From assembly GCA_015232395.1 (NCBI GenBank), contig JADFZT010000005.1:8298-72297 (forward strand): a stretch of 64,000 nt of DNA. The letters are read 5' to 3'. Below, in pieces: positions 18,930 to 28,723 of this stretch. The stretch is from Magnetococcales bacterium (lineage in GTDB: Bacteria > Pseudomonadota > Magnetococcia > Magnetococcales > JADFZT01). The position numbers and the translations under genes were made by a program. The notes beneath the pieces are model-generated. The model was not told the origin of the DNA. It saw only the letters and a program-made list of their open reading frames with translations, and made no database searches. Positions within the stretch are counted from its first letter, which is position 1. Each line of letters starts with the position of its first letter.

Positions 18930-18968
18930 CCCGGGATAAGCCCGGTTACCAAATGGATTCTGGAACCC

Positions 18969-19355
18969 ATGAAAAAAATCCTTTTGCTGTTGATCATCCT
19001 GCTGCTGCCAGCCCAGGCTCCAGCCGAACCCACGGCTTTGGCTGCCGAACCCATGGGAAAGCTGCTGGTTTTCACTAGCGAGGTTTGTATCTACTGTAAA
19101 GCCTTCATGCGTGATGTGGGGTCGGTTTATTCCCGCACCGATGCAGGTCGGGCCCTGCCTCTGACCGAGGTGGATACCTACGATCCTCCGGAAAATTTGG
19201 AGGATTTGGCCTGGGAAATGCGTTTTGTACCGACCTTTCTCATCGTTGATCGCAAGGGGGTCGAAATGGCCCGGTTTCGAGGCTATCGGGGTGAGGAATC
19301 TTTTTGGGGGGAGCTTGAACGGGTGCTTGTCCAGATGAAAAAAGAGGGGAATTGA
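18969..19355 (+). CDS. Periplasmic thioredoxin-fold protein
   Basis: Signal peptide 'MKKILLLLIILLLPAQAPA', CxxC motif 'EVCIYCKAF', and 'FVPTFLIVDRKG'. The ATG at 18969 was preferred over the longer ORF from 18813. Confidence 0.7.
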   Translation: MKKILLLLIILLLPAQAPAEPTALAAEPMGKLLVFTSEVCIYCKAFMRDVGSVYSRTDAGRALPLTEVDTYDPPENLEDLAWEMRFVPTFLIVDRKGVEMARFRGYRGEESFWGELERVLVQMKKEGN

Positions 19356-19360
19356 TTGGC

Positions 19361-20389
19361 ATGTCTATTCTGAAACGTTTCCAGGAAGGGATTGCCAAAG
19401 CCAAGGAAAAGACCCGGGAAAAAGCCCTGGAGGGGATTGCCAAAGCCAAGGAAAAAACCTTGGAGGGGGTGGTCAGGACTCGGGAAAAGACCAAGCAGGG
19501 ATTGGCCAAAACCCGTCAGGGGTTTACCCGGCGCCTGGATGGTTTGATCCCGGGCCGTGAGGTGGATGAAGATCTCATTGAGGATCTGGAAGGGCTTTTG
19601 ATTACGGCTGATTTTGGGGTGGAGTCCACGGGTCGAATTTTGGCGGAGGCTCAAAAGCGTCTGAAAAAAGAAGCCAAACAGGATGGCGAAACCCTGCGGG
19701 AGATGATCCGCCTGACTGTGTTGGATTCCCTGATCTCCTGTCAGACCCCTTGGGAGCTGACCAGCGACAAAAAGCCCCACGTGATTCTGGTTGTCGGCGT
19801 CAACGGGGTGGGCAAGACCACCACCATCGGCAAACTGGCCGCTCACCTGAAGAGCGCTGACCAGGATGTGGTGTTGGCTGCGGGAGACACCTTCCGGGCG
19901 GCGGCGGTGAATCAGCTGAAAATTTGGGGTGAGCGGGCCGGTTGCCCGGTGATATCCCAGGGGGACAGCGCCGACAGCGCTTCGGTGGTGTTTGATGCCT
20001 ACGCTTCGGCAGCAGCGCGTGGGGCTGATTTTTTGCTGGCCGATACTGCCGGTCGCCTCCATACCAAGGTCAACCTCATGGAGGAGCTGAAAAAAATCAA
20101 GCGGGTGCTCTCCCGCAAGGATGAGACCGCCCCCCACGACATCCTTCTGGTGTTGGACGCCACCACCGGCCAAAATGCGGTCTCCCAGGTACGCCAGTTT
20201 CACGAGGCGTTGGGTTTGACCGGTCTGGTGGTCACCAAGCTGGATGGTACGGCCAAGGGGGGAGTGGTGGTCAATATCAGCGAACAGTTCCAACTGCCCA
20301 TCCGTCATATCGGCGTGGGTGAGGGAATCACCGATCTGAGACCCTTTTCGGCGGAAGAATTTGTAGAGGCGCTCTTCGATGCAGGTTAG
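19361..20389 (+). CDS. ftsY: Signal recognition particle receptor FtsY
   Basis: NG domain motifs 'ILVVGVNGVGKTTTIGKLA', 'DTAGRLH' and 'VVTKLDGTAKGG'. The N-terminus carries a duplicated 'EGIAKAKEKT' motif. Confidence 0.93.
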   Translation: MSILKRFQEGIAKAKEKTREKALEGIAKAKEKTLEGVVRTREKTKQGLAKTRQGFTRRLDGLIPGREVDEDLIEDLEGLLITADFGVESTGRILAEAQKRLKKEAKQDGETLREMIRLTVLDSLISCQTPWELTSDKKPHVILVVGVNGVGKTTTIGKLAAHLKSADQDVVLAAGDTFRAAAVNQLKIWGERAGCPVISQGDSADSASVVFDAYASAAARGADFLLADTAGRLHTKVNLMEELKKIKRVLSRKDETAPHDILLVLDATTGQNAVSQVRQFHEALGLTGLVVTKLDGTAKGGVVVNISEQFQLPIRHIGVGEGITDLRPFSAEEFVEALFDAG

Positions 20390-20427
20390 GGGTATTTTGG
20401 TGGAAGATTTTGGGGGGGTGCTTTTCG

Positions 20428-22419
20428 ATGCGGGTTAAAAAATATTTGGTGGGTTTTGTCGCCTTCGTGGTTTCGGTGGTGGCGGGCTTTCTGTTTGCCG
20501 CCATGGCCTGGCCTGGGGAACGGGGGGATGCCGAAGCCTTTGGCAAGCTCTTCGCGCGCCTGGAAGGGAGCGGCTCGATTCGTTCGGTACTTAACCGCAA
20601 CAACTGGCCCGATAACGATTTTTTGGCCTCCTACCTGGAATATGAACTTCTCTATCACCCCAGCACCAAGACCAAACTCAAAGACCTGCAATCCTTTCTC
20701 CGGCGTTGGCCCAACCATCCCCAGGTGGTTCGGGTAGAGGATTTTGTCGATCAGCTGATCACCACCCAAGGGAGCGATGCCGAAGCCCTCGCCTGGTACG
20801 ACCGCTCCCCCCCCTCTGACAGAAATGGCCGCCTGCGCTATCTGAAACTCCTGCTCATGACCAAACGCGAGGCTGAGGCCACGGTTCTCTGGCGGGAGCT
20901 CTATCGGGAGGGGGTGGGCTTTTCCAAGGAGTTGGACCGGCAGCTCAACAATATCTGGAAAAAATTGACCCAGACGGATCGAGAGGTCCGGGCCAGGGTT
21001 TTTCTCAGGAGAGGCAAGGATAAGCTCTTTGATGCCCAGATTTACGGTTTTTCCAAGGATCGCAAAACCTTTTTTCGTGCCTTGAGGGAAGCCCGGGAGG
21101 CCCGCAAAAAATTCAATGCCCTGGTCAAAAAACTTCCCAAAAAAATGGCCCGGGATCCGGAACTCTGGAAAGCCCGGATCAGCGGTCTGCGCAAAAACGG
21201 CTATCGGCAAAAGGCCGCACGCCTGCTCATGGGCCGGGAAGGCAAGCGCCTGACAGAGGAAGCCCGCCAAAAGCTGCGCTACTATCTGGGTCGGGATTTG
21301 ATCTACCTGGATGAGGACTATGATCGGGCTTTTGAGCTGCTGGATGCCAATGTCCGGGAAAAGGGGGGCAAGTTGCAGGACTCCCTGTGGCTCGCCGCCT
21401 GGAGTGCCTATCAGGGGGGGAAGCGTTGGGAGGCCCAGGAGCGTTTTATCCGGCTCGCCCTGGAAGCCAGCGCCACCCGCCGCCGCAGTCAGGGGGCCTA
21501 TTGGGCCGCCAGAACCTTCACCACCCGTAAGCGGAACAGCAAGGAAAATAGTGCTGATCGGGCGGTCTGGCTCAAATATGCCACCAAATTTCCCGAAACC
21601 TTCTATGGTCTTTTGGCCCAGGAGGAGCTTTATGGTGAGCTGAAACCCCTCGTGGAGGCTCCCAGGCAGTGCCGTTCTTTTGACGATAACCGGGAGATCA
21701 TGGGGCGACTTGCCAGGTTTGAGCTGTTGGAGCGGGCCGGGCGGGGATTTTATAAGGGCATGGAGCTGGATCAACTGGCCCAAGAGTTCAACCTGACCGC
21801 CATGGATCGCCTCTGCCTGGCTCTGGACTATGACACTCCCCACATAGCGACCCAGGCTGCCCGGGATAGCGGACAAAAAAATGGCTACCACTGGCGGGGA
21901 ATGTATCCCAAACCCCCGTGGAATCCAGCTGTCGGTTGGAATCTGGAACCCAACCTGGTGCTGGCCATGGGGCGTCAGGAGAGCCTCTTTTTTCACCGGG
22001 CGCTCTCCCGGGCCGGCGCCATGGGGGTGCTGCAACTGATGCCCGCCACTGCCCGGGAAGAGGCGGAAAAAATTAAAATGCCCGAAGCCACACGCTTCCG
22101 CCTACAGCTCCCCCCTTACAATCTTTCCCTGGGGCAGTCCTACCTCAAGCGTATGTTGAGATACAATAAGGGGGATCTGGTGCAGGCATTTGTCTCCTAC
22201 AATGCCGGCCCCGGTCGGGCCAAACGTTGGCGACCCCGGCGTGAACGGGAAGAGACCATCACCTATATTGAAAATATTCCCATCACCGAAACCCGTCTCT
22301 ACGTCAAAAAGGTGATCCACGGCTTTGCGGTCTATGAACTCCTGGATAAAGGTCAAGCCTCCCTCGATGTGGCGTTGCGTAAAGCGGGTGAGGGGAATAT
22401 CAACTACCACCTGCAATGA
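20428..22419 (+). CDS. slt: Soluble lytic murein transglycosylase (Slt family)
   Basis: N-terminal signal/TM, a long superhelical repeat region, and a C-terminal SLT domain 'AMGRQESLFFHRALSRAGAMGVLQLMPATA...SYNAGPGR'. Confidence 0.85.
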   Translation: MRVKKYLVGFVAFVVSVVAGFLFAAMAWPGERGDAEAFGKLFARLEGSGSIRSVLNRNNWPDNDFLASYLEYELLYHPSTKTKLKDLQSFLRRWPNHPQVVRVEDFVDQLITTQGSDAEALAWYDRSPPSDRNGRLRYLKLLLMTKREAEATVLWRELYREGVGFSKELDRQLNNIWKKLTQTDREVRARVFLRRGKDKLFDAQIYGFSKDRKTFFRALREAREARKKFNALVKKLPKKMARDPELWKARISGLRKNGYRQKAARLLMGREGKRLTEEARQKLRYYLGRDLIYLDEDYDRAFELLDANVREKGGKLQDSLWLAAWSAYQGGKRWEAQERFIRLALEASATRRRSQGAYWAARTFTTRKRNSKENSADRAVWLKYATKFPETFYGLLAQEELYGELKPLVEAPRQCRSFDDNREIMGRLARFELLERAGRGFYKGMELDQLAQEFNLTAMDRLCLALDYDTPHIATQAARDSGQKNGYHWRGMYPKPPWNPAVGWNLEPNLVLAMGRQESLFFHRALSRAGAMGVLQLMPATAREEAEKIKMPEATRFRLQLPPYNLSLGQSYLKRMLRYNKGDLVQAFVSYNAGPGRAKRWRPRREREETITYIENIPITETRLYVKKVIHGFAVYELLDKGQASLDVALRKAGEGNINYHLQ

Positions 22420-22424
22420 GCCAA

Positions 22425-22463
22425 TCTGATCTCCCCTGGGGATCAGACGGGTTTTTCGGTTTT
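22425..22463. terminator. Bidirectional hairpin terminator between slt and the convergent PPC-domain gene
   Basis: TCTGATCTCC...GGGGATCAGA hairpin followed by GGGTTTTTCGGTTTTGG. It sits between stop codons at 22419 (+) and 22467 (-). Confidence 0.6.
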
Positions 22464-22466
22464 GGT

Positions 22467-22907
22467 TCAGCTGGAGGATAAAGCCGAATCGCTCCAGAGG
22501 GGCAGGCCGGTCTGTTCATCAAACCCCCGCTCCAGGGGTTTGCCGCCATATTTTTGCACGATCACCTCACAGGCAAAGACAATGGTGCCCGGCATCAGAT
22601 GTCCGCCGAAAGCCAGGCCGGCATGATCCCCCAGGGTGAGGTGGGCATGGACGAAGGGCTCTCCGTCCTTGATGGAGACGTTGCCGGTGAGGTTTAAGAT
22701 TTCCAACCTTTGTTCCCGCTCCACAAAGCGATAGCTCCGGTCGCTCTGGTCATAATATCCCAGCCGGGCTTTTTTTACCGCACCGATGGCTTCCACCCGC
22801 CCCAGCTTGATTTTGTTTACCCGGCAGATCCGATTCAGCTCTTCCTGTAGATCCACTCCGTAGGGGAGGCGGCCCATGTAGGTTTTTTCAGGGGTTACGC
22901 TCAGCAT
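22467..22907 (-). CDS. PPC (DUF296) domain DNA-binding protein
   Basis: 'GRLPYGVDLQEELNRI...LGRVEAIGAV...LEILNLTGNVS...PFVHAHLTLGD...GGHLMPGTIVFACEV' fits the PPC/DUF296 pattern. Confidence 0.75.
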   Translation of the reverse strand: MLSVTPEKTYMGRLPYGVDLQEELNRICRVNKIKLGRVEAIGAVKKARLGYYDQSDRSYRFVEREQRLEILNLTGNVSIKDGEPFVHAHLTLGDHAGLAFGGHLMPGTIVFACEVIVQKYGGKPLERGFDEQTGLPLWSDSALSSS

Positions 22908-23021
22908 CTGGTATTCTCCAGGAAGGGTGTTTTTTCCAGTGGTGCAGATTTTTTCAGAATTTTAAAGAAAATCATCCGTTCGTGCTTAACTTTTTTTTTG
23001 AATTTGTTATTGTAAATTCAT

Positions 23022-23282
23022 ATGGGAAAACATGAAAAAATTTTGTGGCGGATCCTGTCAGGGGTCGCAGACTCAAATATTCCCTTTGCAGCTTTGCGTC
23101 AGCTTTTGCTCCATATGGGGTTCGAAGAACGTATTCGGGGTGATCACCACATTTTTTCCCGGAAAGAAGTAACTGAAATTTTGAATCTTCAACCCAGATC
23201 CGGTAAAGCCAAGCCTTATCAAGTCAAGCAGGTCCGTCAACTGTTCCTCAAGTATCGTTTGGGAAATCTCCTCTATGAATAA
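23022..23282 (+). CDS. hicA: HicA-family type II toxin (mRNA interferase)
   Basis: 86 aa. 'GFEERIRGDHHIFSR...LQPRSGKAKPYQVKQVRQL'. Overlaps the downstream HicB gene by 8 nt. The local sequence is AT-rich. Confidence 0.7.
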   Translation: MGKHEKILWRILSGVADSNIPFAALRQLLLHMGFEERIRGDHHIFSRKEVTEILNLQPRSGKAKPYQVKQVRQLFLKYRLGNLLYE

Positions 23283-23484
23283 ATATGAGATCATTATCTA
23301 CTGGAGCGAAGAGGATGAATCCTTTATCGCCGAAGTACCTGAACTTCCCGGTTGCATGGCGGATGGGTCAACCCATCAGGAAGCACTTGCCCATGTAGAG
23401 GTTATCATTCGGGAGTGGATCGACACGGCACGGGAGTTGGGTCGAGCTATTCCAAAACCCAAAGGTCGTTTAATGTTTGCGTGA
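23275..23484 (+). CDS. hicB: HicB-family antitoxin (UPF0150 type, short)
   Basis: 'YEIIIYWSEEDESFIAEVPELPGCMADGSTHQEALAHVEVIIREWIDTARELGRAIPKPKG'. Confidence 0.8.
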   Translation: MNKYEIIIYWSEEDESFIAEVPELPGCMADGSTHQEALAHVEVIIREWIDTARELGRAIPKPKGRLMFA

Positions 23485-23542
23485 AGAAAATGTTCGGGGC
23501 AGTTTGCGGGGGGGGAGCGGCTATCTCCAGCTGAGGCAGCCA

Positions 23543-23803
23543 TTATTTTTTATTGAAAAGCTCTTCTCCCCCGTTGAACCGGCAGGTTAGATCATCCGGC
23601 AGAGGGTCAAAAAAAGCCGAGGTCACTTCAAACTCTCCCTTGGCCAAGCCGATGGGGCGTTTTCCTTTGGGGAGGTGGGGCAGGGGGTGTACCTCGGCGA
23701 TGGGTTGGCCGTGCTTGGTGAGCAGGATGATCTCCCCAGGGGGTAATTGTTTCAGATGGCTGGAAAGATGGGTTTTGAATTCGGAAAGTGTCAGGCGAAT
23801 CAT
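23543..23803 (-). CDS. Phd/YefM (VapB-like) antitoxin with no adjacent toxin gene
   Basis: 'MIRLTLSEFKTHLSSHLKQL...GEIILLTKHGQPIAEV' followed by 'GLAKGEFEVTSAFFDPLPDD'. Only 58 bp lie downstream before the hicB end, so there is no room for a partner ORF. Confidence 0.65.
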   Translation of the reverse strand: MIRLTLSEFKTHLSSHLKQLPPGEIILLTKHGQPIAEVHPLPHLPKGKRPIGLAKGEFEVTSAFFDPLPDDLTCRFNGGEELFNKK

Positions 23804-23918
23804 GGCGTTATTTTACCTGCAAGAAAAGTCGACAAACCCAAAATAACCGATATTTCAGTGAGATGGTCAGAAAAACAGCGATCCATTCCATCAGGTCAAA
23901 ATTTCAGCCCCCTCTCCT

Positions 23919-24539
23919 CTATTTCGATCCATCCAAACAGCCCAAAATTTCCCTGGCAGCCTTTCCCGGATCAGGGGCATCCAGCACCCCACGAATGAGC
24001 GCTACGCCGTCAGCTCCTGTTGCGGGCACTTGGGCGGCATTTTCCGGGGTGATTCCTCCCAGAGCCAACACCGGGCCGGGGATTTGGGTTCTCAATTGGG
24101 TAAATTCGGTGATGCCCAGGGGAGTGGCATGGGGGTGGGAGTGGGTGGGAAAGAGGGGGGAGAGGGTGACATAATCAGCCCCTTCCACCAAAGCGTGGCA
24201 AGCCCCTTCCAGATCGTGACAGGAGCGGCCTACAATTTTTTCTTTTCCCAGTAATTTCCGGGCAATATGGGTAGGTAGCCCCGATTCCGGCAGATGCACT
24301 CCCTCAGCCTCCACCGCCAGAGCCACATCAACACGGTCGTGGATCAACAGCTGCGCCCCCTGCTGACGGGTCAAGCGCCGAAGCGCTTCAGCCAGGGTCA
24401 ACAGGGGAGCGCCGGTGAGCCCCTTTTCTCTCAATAAAATATGCCGACCCCCCCCCCGAATGGCTGAAGTAATCCCTGCTGTCAGATCGGGGCACACGTC
24501 GCGATCGGTGATCAGAAGGAGTCGAATGGGGGAGATCAT
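23919..24539 (-). CDS. thiE: Thiamine-phosphate synthase
   Basis: 'LLLITDR', 'ILLREK', 'LIHDRVDVALAVEAEGVHL' and 'DYVTLSPLFPT...LALGGITPEN'. The ATG at 24539 forms an ATGA overlap with the queE stop. Confidence 0.88.
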   Translation of the reverse strand: MISPIRLLLITDRDVCPDLTAGITSAIRGGGRHILLREKGLTGAPLLTLAEALRRLTRQQGAQLLIHDRVDVALAVEAEGVHLPESGLPTHIARKLLGKEKIVGRSCHDLEGACHALVEGADYVTLSPLFPTHSHPHATPLGITEFTQLRTQIPGPVLALGGITPENAAQVPATGADGVALIRGVLDAPDPGKAAREILGCLDGSK

Positions 24540-25174
24540 GGCATGCCGATCCATTTGTGCATCTGCATTGAGAGCCTCAGCCTACCACCACTTTTCATCA
24601 CCATCCCAACGCAGCGAGCCACAGCGGTGGGATCGATTTTATTGCCCTTGGCCCGGGGTTGCAGCCAGACGTTGGCGTGGGATTCCTGGCGTTGGTGAAT
24701 CTCCCGTAAAATTTTTTTTGAAGGGGTCGCCCCCACCACATATTTGATCTCATGGGCAGCCTGATAGATCTCTTCGGGTGGGGAGTGGTTTTTTTTGGGG
24801 GAGAGGGTGATCCAGTCGAGGTTTTGTGGCAAAACACCCCCGATACCGCTGGTCTCCATGGCGACCCACCAACCGGCTTGCTTGAAAAAATCCACCAGCT
24901 GCTCCAAATGGGCCAAGGCCAGGGGTTCTCCACCGGTGAGGAGGAGATTTTTGTGGCCGGGGCGCAATTTTTTGATCTGGGCGAAAATTTTTTCAGCACC
25001 CATGTGTTTTAAGCTTTTGGGGTCTCGATGCAGGGGTTCATCACACCAGGTACAGGTGAGGGGGCAGCCCCAGGCTCTGACAAAGGCCATGGGGCGACCA
25101 CTCCAGGTGCCTTCTCCCTGAAGAGAGGAAAAAATATCGCAGATGGGGTAACGGGTGGCTTTTTGTGGGGTCAT
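24536..25174 (-). CDS. queE: 7-carboxy-7-deazaguanine synthase (radical SAM)
   Basis: 'ICDIFSSLQGEGTWSGRPMAFVRAWGCPLTCTWCDE', plus 'LLLTGGEPL'. Confidence 0.88.
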   Translation of the reverse strand: MTPQKATRYPICDIFSSLQGEGTWSGRPMAFVRAWGCPLTCTWCDEPLHRDPKSLKHMGAEKIFAQIKKLRPGHKNLLLTGGEPLALAHLEQLVDFFKQAGWWVAMETSGIGGVLPQNLDWITLSPKKNHSPPEEIYQAAHEIKYVVGATPSKKILREIHQRQESHANVWLQPRAKGNKIDPTAVARCVGMVMKSGGRLRLSMQMHKWIGMP

Positions 25175-25398
25175 GGGGGGGAAGTTTAACCCAAGGCTGG
25201 GAAATCTCTCCAGGGTCGGCAGTGGTGAGGCTTTGAATCCATGGGCCGACTTGAGATGAGGGGGGTAGGGGGACTATGATCCGACACCGGCATCGATAGA
25301 GGCGTCCCTGGTGGTTATCAATCATGGGGGGATGGACTGTTCTGCCGGAAGCATTTGGGTCGAAAGGCCTTTCTTTTATCCAGTCCGTGGTTTGGGTC

Positions 25399-27330
25399 AT
25401 GAACGATTTGCAAGGATTCATCGATCATCTGTTCGGGCCGGAGAGTCGTCTGGCGACGGAAATTTCCGGCTATGAACCCCGACCGGTTCAAGCCCATATG
25501 GCGCGGGTGGTGGCGGAAACCGCTGAACAGGAGAGCAAGCTTCTGGTGGAGGCGGGGACGGGTACCGGCAAGACTTTGGGCTATCTGTTGCCGCTTCTGG
25601 CCATGGGGGAGCGGGTGATCGTCTCCACGGCTACCAAAGCCCTTCAAGATCAGATTTGGGATGTGGATATTCCCCTGCTGCGTCGGGTGGGGGTGGGCAA
25701 CTTTCGTGCAGCGGTGTTGAAGGGGCGGAGCAACTATCTCTGTCTCCATCGGTTTCGGGAATTTCAGGATAACCCCATGCTCATCGGCCAGGATGAACGC
25801 AACTGGTTCAAACGGGTGAAAGAGTGGGTGCTGCAAACCCGGGTGGGGGATCGGGATGAATTGGCCGACCTGCCCGAACAGCTCTCTTTTTGGCACGAAA
25901 TCAACGCCGGGGGAGAGCGTTGTCTGGGGCGCAAATGTGGCGACTATAAGGAGTGCTTTCTCTTTAAAACACGAGAGGTGGCCCGGCATTCCGATCTGGT
26001 AGTGGTCAACCACCATCTCTTTTTTGCCGATTTGGCGGTCAAGGAGGGGGGCTTCGGCGAAATTTTGCCCCAATATAACGTCGTGGTGTTTGACGAAGCC
26101 CACCGCATTCCCGATGTGGTGACCCATTTTTTTGGGGTGGAGGTGAGCAACTATCGCCTGCGGGATCTGGTTCGGGATGGGCGGGAGGCGTTTCAGGAGG
26201 TGGGGCCGGACGATACGGCGGTACTGGATGCCTTCGACCGGGTGGAGCTGGCCGCCGCCAGCCTGCGCAGCGCCTTTCCCGCTGAAAATATTCGGGATGC
26301 CCTGACGCCGGAGGAGATCCAAAAAGGCCCTGGGCGGGCGTTGGTAACAGTGGAAGGGGCCTTGTATGCCCTCAAGGAGGCGTTGGAGCCCCATCGGGAG
26401 CGGAGTGTGGCTTTGGCCAGCTGTGGCCGTCGGGCTGAATCCCTGTTGGTGGATGCGGGGATCATTCGCGCTCTGGACGATCCCGAGCGGGTCTATTGGT
26501 ATGAAACCCGAAACCGGGGGATTTTTTTGCAGGCCTCTCCCCTGGAGGTGGGCCCCACCCTGCGGGAATCCCTCTACCCAAGAGCCAAATGTATCGTTTT
26601 CACCTCTGCCACCCTGGCGGCGGGTCGCGGCCCCAAGGCGTTTGATTATTTTCAATCGGAGATGGGCCTGCTGCCGAATGAGGTGACCCGGGAACAGTTG
26701 CCCCCGGCCTTTGACTATCCCAATCAGGCCCTGCTCTATCTACCGGAAGATCTGCCGGAGCCGGAAAATCGGGATTTTGGTCAACTGGTCGTGGCTGAGA
26801 TTGTCGCCTTGCTGGAGGCCAGTTCCGGGCGAGCGCTCTGTCTTTTTACCAGCTATCGCATGCTGGAGATCGTTCGCATGGGGCTGGAGGGGCGGATTCC
26901 CTATCCGATCATGGTCCAGGGGGAGCGGCCCAAGGGGGCGTTGCTGGCGGCTTTTAAAAGTGAAACCGCTTCGGTTTTGTTGGGGGTGGGGAGCTTTTGG
27001 GAGGGGGTGGATGTGCCGGGGGAATCCTTATCCCTGGTGATTGTTGATCGTCTGCCCTTTTCTTCCCCGGCGGATCCCCTGATGGCTGCCCGTTTGCGCC
27101 ACCTCAAAACCAAGGGCGGCAACCCCTTTATGGAACTTTCCCTCCCCAGGGCAGTCCTGGCATTAAAGCAGGGATTGGGTCGTCTGATCCGACGGGGAGG
27201 GGATCGGGGGGTGATGGCGGTAATGGATGCCCGGCTGACCCGGCGTCGTTATGGTGGTATCTTCCTGGCGGGATTACCCCCAGTCCCTACAACCCGTGAC
27301 AGGGAGGCGGTAACACGCTTTTTTTCGTGA
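25399..27330 (+). CDS. dinG: ATP-dependent DNA helicase, DinG/Rad3-related
   Basis: Walker A 'EAGTGTGKTLGYLLP', DEAH box 'VVFDEAHRIPD', and C-terminal 'GSFWEGVDVPGESLSLVIVDRLPF'. The ATG at 25399 was preferred; the ORF is open from 25324. Confidence 0.88.
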   Translation: MNDLQGFIDHLFGPESRLATEISGYEPRPVQAHMARVVAETAEQESKLLVEAGTGTGKTLGYLLPLLAMGERVIVSTATKALQDQIWDVDIPLLRRVGVGNFRAAVLKGRSNYLCLHRFREFQDNPMLIGQDERNWFKRVKEWVLQTRVGDRDELADLPEQLSFWHEINAGGERCLGRKCGDYKECFLFKTREVARHSDLVVVNHHLFFADLAVKEGGFGEILPQYNVVVFDEAHRIPDVVTHFFGVEVSNYRLRDLVRDGREAFQEVGPDDTAVLDAFDRVELAAASLRSAFPAENIRDALTPEEIQKGPGRALVTVEGALYALKEALEPHRERSVALASCGRRAESLLVDAGIIRALDDPERVYWYETRNRGIFLQASPLEVGPTLRESLYPRAKCIVFTSATLAAGRGPKAFDYFQSEMGLLPNEVTREQLPPAFDYPNQALLYLPEDLPEPENRDFGQLVVAEIVALLEASSGRALCLFTSYRMLEIVRMGLEGRIPYPIMVQGERPKGALLAAFKSETASVLLGVGSFWEGVDVPGESLSLVIVDRLPFSSPADPLMAARLRHLKTKGGNPFMELSLPRAVLALKQGLGRLIRRGGDRGVMAVMDARLTRRRYGGIFLAGLPPVPTTRDREAVTRFFS

Positions 27331-28082
27331 ATATATTGGCTTTGGATACGGCTACCCCTCTGGGTGGTGCAGCTCTCCTGCTCCGAGGGGAGCCGGTGGA
27401 ACATGTGCGTTTTGAAGCGGGAGAGGGGCATGTAGCCAAGCTTCCGGAGGCCGTGGATGGTCTGCTCTCCAAGGCGGGTTGGTCTTATGAAGAGCTGGGA
27501 TTGATTGCGGTCACGGTGGGTCCGGGCTCTTTTGCCGGGGTGCGGGTGGCGTTGGGGTTTGCCAAGGGGTTGGCGTTGGCCAATAACACCCCTTTGGTGG
27601 GGGTTTCGACTTTAATGGTGGTGGCGGCTGGCGCTGGCATCGGCTCTGATGTGATGCGCCCGGATGTGGTGGCGGTGATGGATGCCCGCAAGGGAGAGGT
27701 TTTTTCGGCTCGCTATCGGTTTGACGAGACGGGTTTTCCTTCGGAATATTGGCCCCCCGGCTGCTGGCTGCCAAGCTCTTTGGCCTCCTCTCTGGGACCA
27801 GCGCGTACCCTGATGACGGGGGATGGTTTGAGAGCCCACGAGGCTGTTTTCAAGGAGCATATGGGTAAACGCTTCAAAACCGCCCCGGAGGAAAACTGGG
27901 CTCCCCACCCCATGGTGCTGGGGGTGCTGGGCTTGCGGCTTTTTGAGGCCCGGGGGGCGACCCCGGCTGAGGAGTTGGAGCCGGTCTATCTTCGGGTGCC
28001 GGAAGCAGAGCGCCATAAAAAGGCTGCCCAAGCCCAGGCGGCGGCATCGGAAGCCAAATCAGGAGATGCCCCCTCCCAATGA
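27327..28082 (+). CDS. tsaB: tRNA threonylcarbamoyladenosine biosynthesis protein TsaB
   Basis: 'ILALDTATPLGGAALL', and 'IAVTVGPGSFAGVRVALGFAKGLAL'. GTGA overlap with the dinG stop. Confidence 0.88.
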   Translation: MNILALDTATPLGGAALLLRGEPVEHVRFEAGEGHVAKLPEAVDGLLSKAGWSYEELGLIAVTVGPGSFAGVRVALGFAKGLALANNTPLVGVSTLMVVAAGAGIGSDVMRPDVVAVMDARKGEVFSARYRFDETGFPSEYWPPGCWLPSSLASSLGPARTLMTGDGLRAHEAVFKEHMGKRFKTAPEENWAPHPMVLGVLGLRLFEARGATPAEELEPVYLRVPEAERHKKAAQAQAAASEAKSGDAPSQ

Positions 28083-28528
28083 TTCTGCGCGCCATGGTTG
28101 AGGGGGATGCCAAAAAGGCCGCTGCTCTCGATCTGGCCATGGGGACACCACCCTGGTCGTCAGGTATGTTTTTGGAAGAACTCAGGCTCGGCTCCCACTG
28201 TCGGGTGTTGGTTGGGCCTCAGGGGGATTTGGCTGGATTTTTGGTGGCCCGCCCCCAGTTTGACGAATGGCACATCATGACCCTGGGGGTGGCCAGAACC
28301 CTGCGCCGCCAGGGGTGGGGACGGCGCTTGGTGGAAAACCTCCTGGAGGAGGCCGATCAAGCGGGCTGCCCCAAGCTGCTGCTGGAGGTTCGGCGTTCCA
28401 ATGTGGGGGCGCAGGCGCTCTACCGGGCCTTGGGTTTTACCTTGCTGCACACCCGCCGGAACTACTATGCCACCCGGCAGGGGCGGGAAGATGCCCTGGT
28501 GATGACCTACTGCTGTGGGAGAGGGTAG
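28079..28528 (+). CDS. rimI: Ribosomal-protein-alanine N-acetyltransferase
   Basis: GNAT motif A 'LGVARTLRRQGWGRRLVENLLEEA', plus 'LLLEVRRSNVGAQALYRALGF'. ATGA overlap with tsaB, the classic tsaB-rimI pairing. Confidence 0.85.
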   Translation: MILRAMVEGDAKKAAALDLAMGTPPWSSGMFLEELRLGSHCRVLVGPQGDLAGFLVARPQFDEWHIMTLGVARTLRRQGWGRRLVENLLEEADQAGCPKLLLEVRRSNVGAQALYRALGFTLLHTRRNYYATRQGREDALVMTYCCGRG

Positions 28529-28723
28529 GGGGCAGTGGGCTGCGAGTGGGATATAAATTGTGACAAATTCGTATCATAAGGCCTTTGACGCATAGACTGG
28601 CTGGACTTTGGGCCGAAAAATTGCTGTGATTGTCGGGGGATTCCAGGGGAGTGACCAAAGCTTTCCGTCCATCGAAGAGGACGGGGCTTTGTGTCCATCA
28701 ACAAGAGAGAGAGGAATAGAAAC

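Noticed and set aside
20386-22035. 549-aa minus-strand ORF opposite slt
   Set aside because: Antisense open frame typical of GC-rich DNA, Pro/Gly/Gln-rich and without motifs. The plus-strand frame carries the SLT catalytic domain and a signal sequence.
25175-25323. preQ1 or TPP riboswitch upstream of the queE-thiE pair
   Set aside because: No CUGAGA...ACCUGAUCUGGAUAAUGCCAGCG-like TPP core or preQ1 aptamer sequence is visible on the minus strand.
25318-26655. 445-aa minus-strand ORF opposite dinG
   Set aside because: Antisense artefact. The plus frame has Walker A, DEAH and helicase C-terminal motifs.
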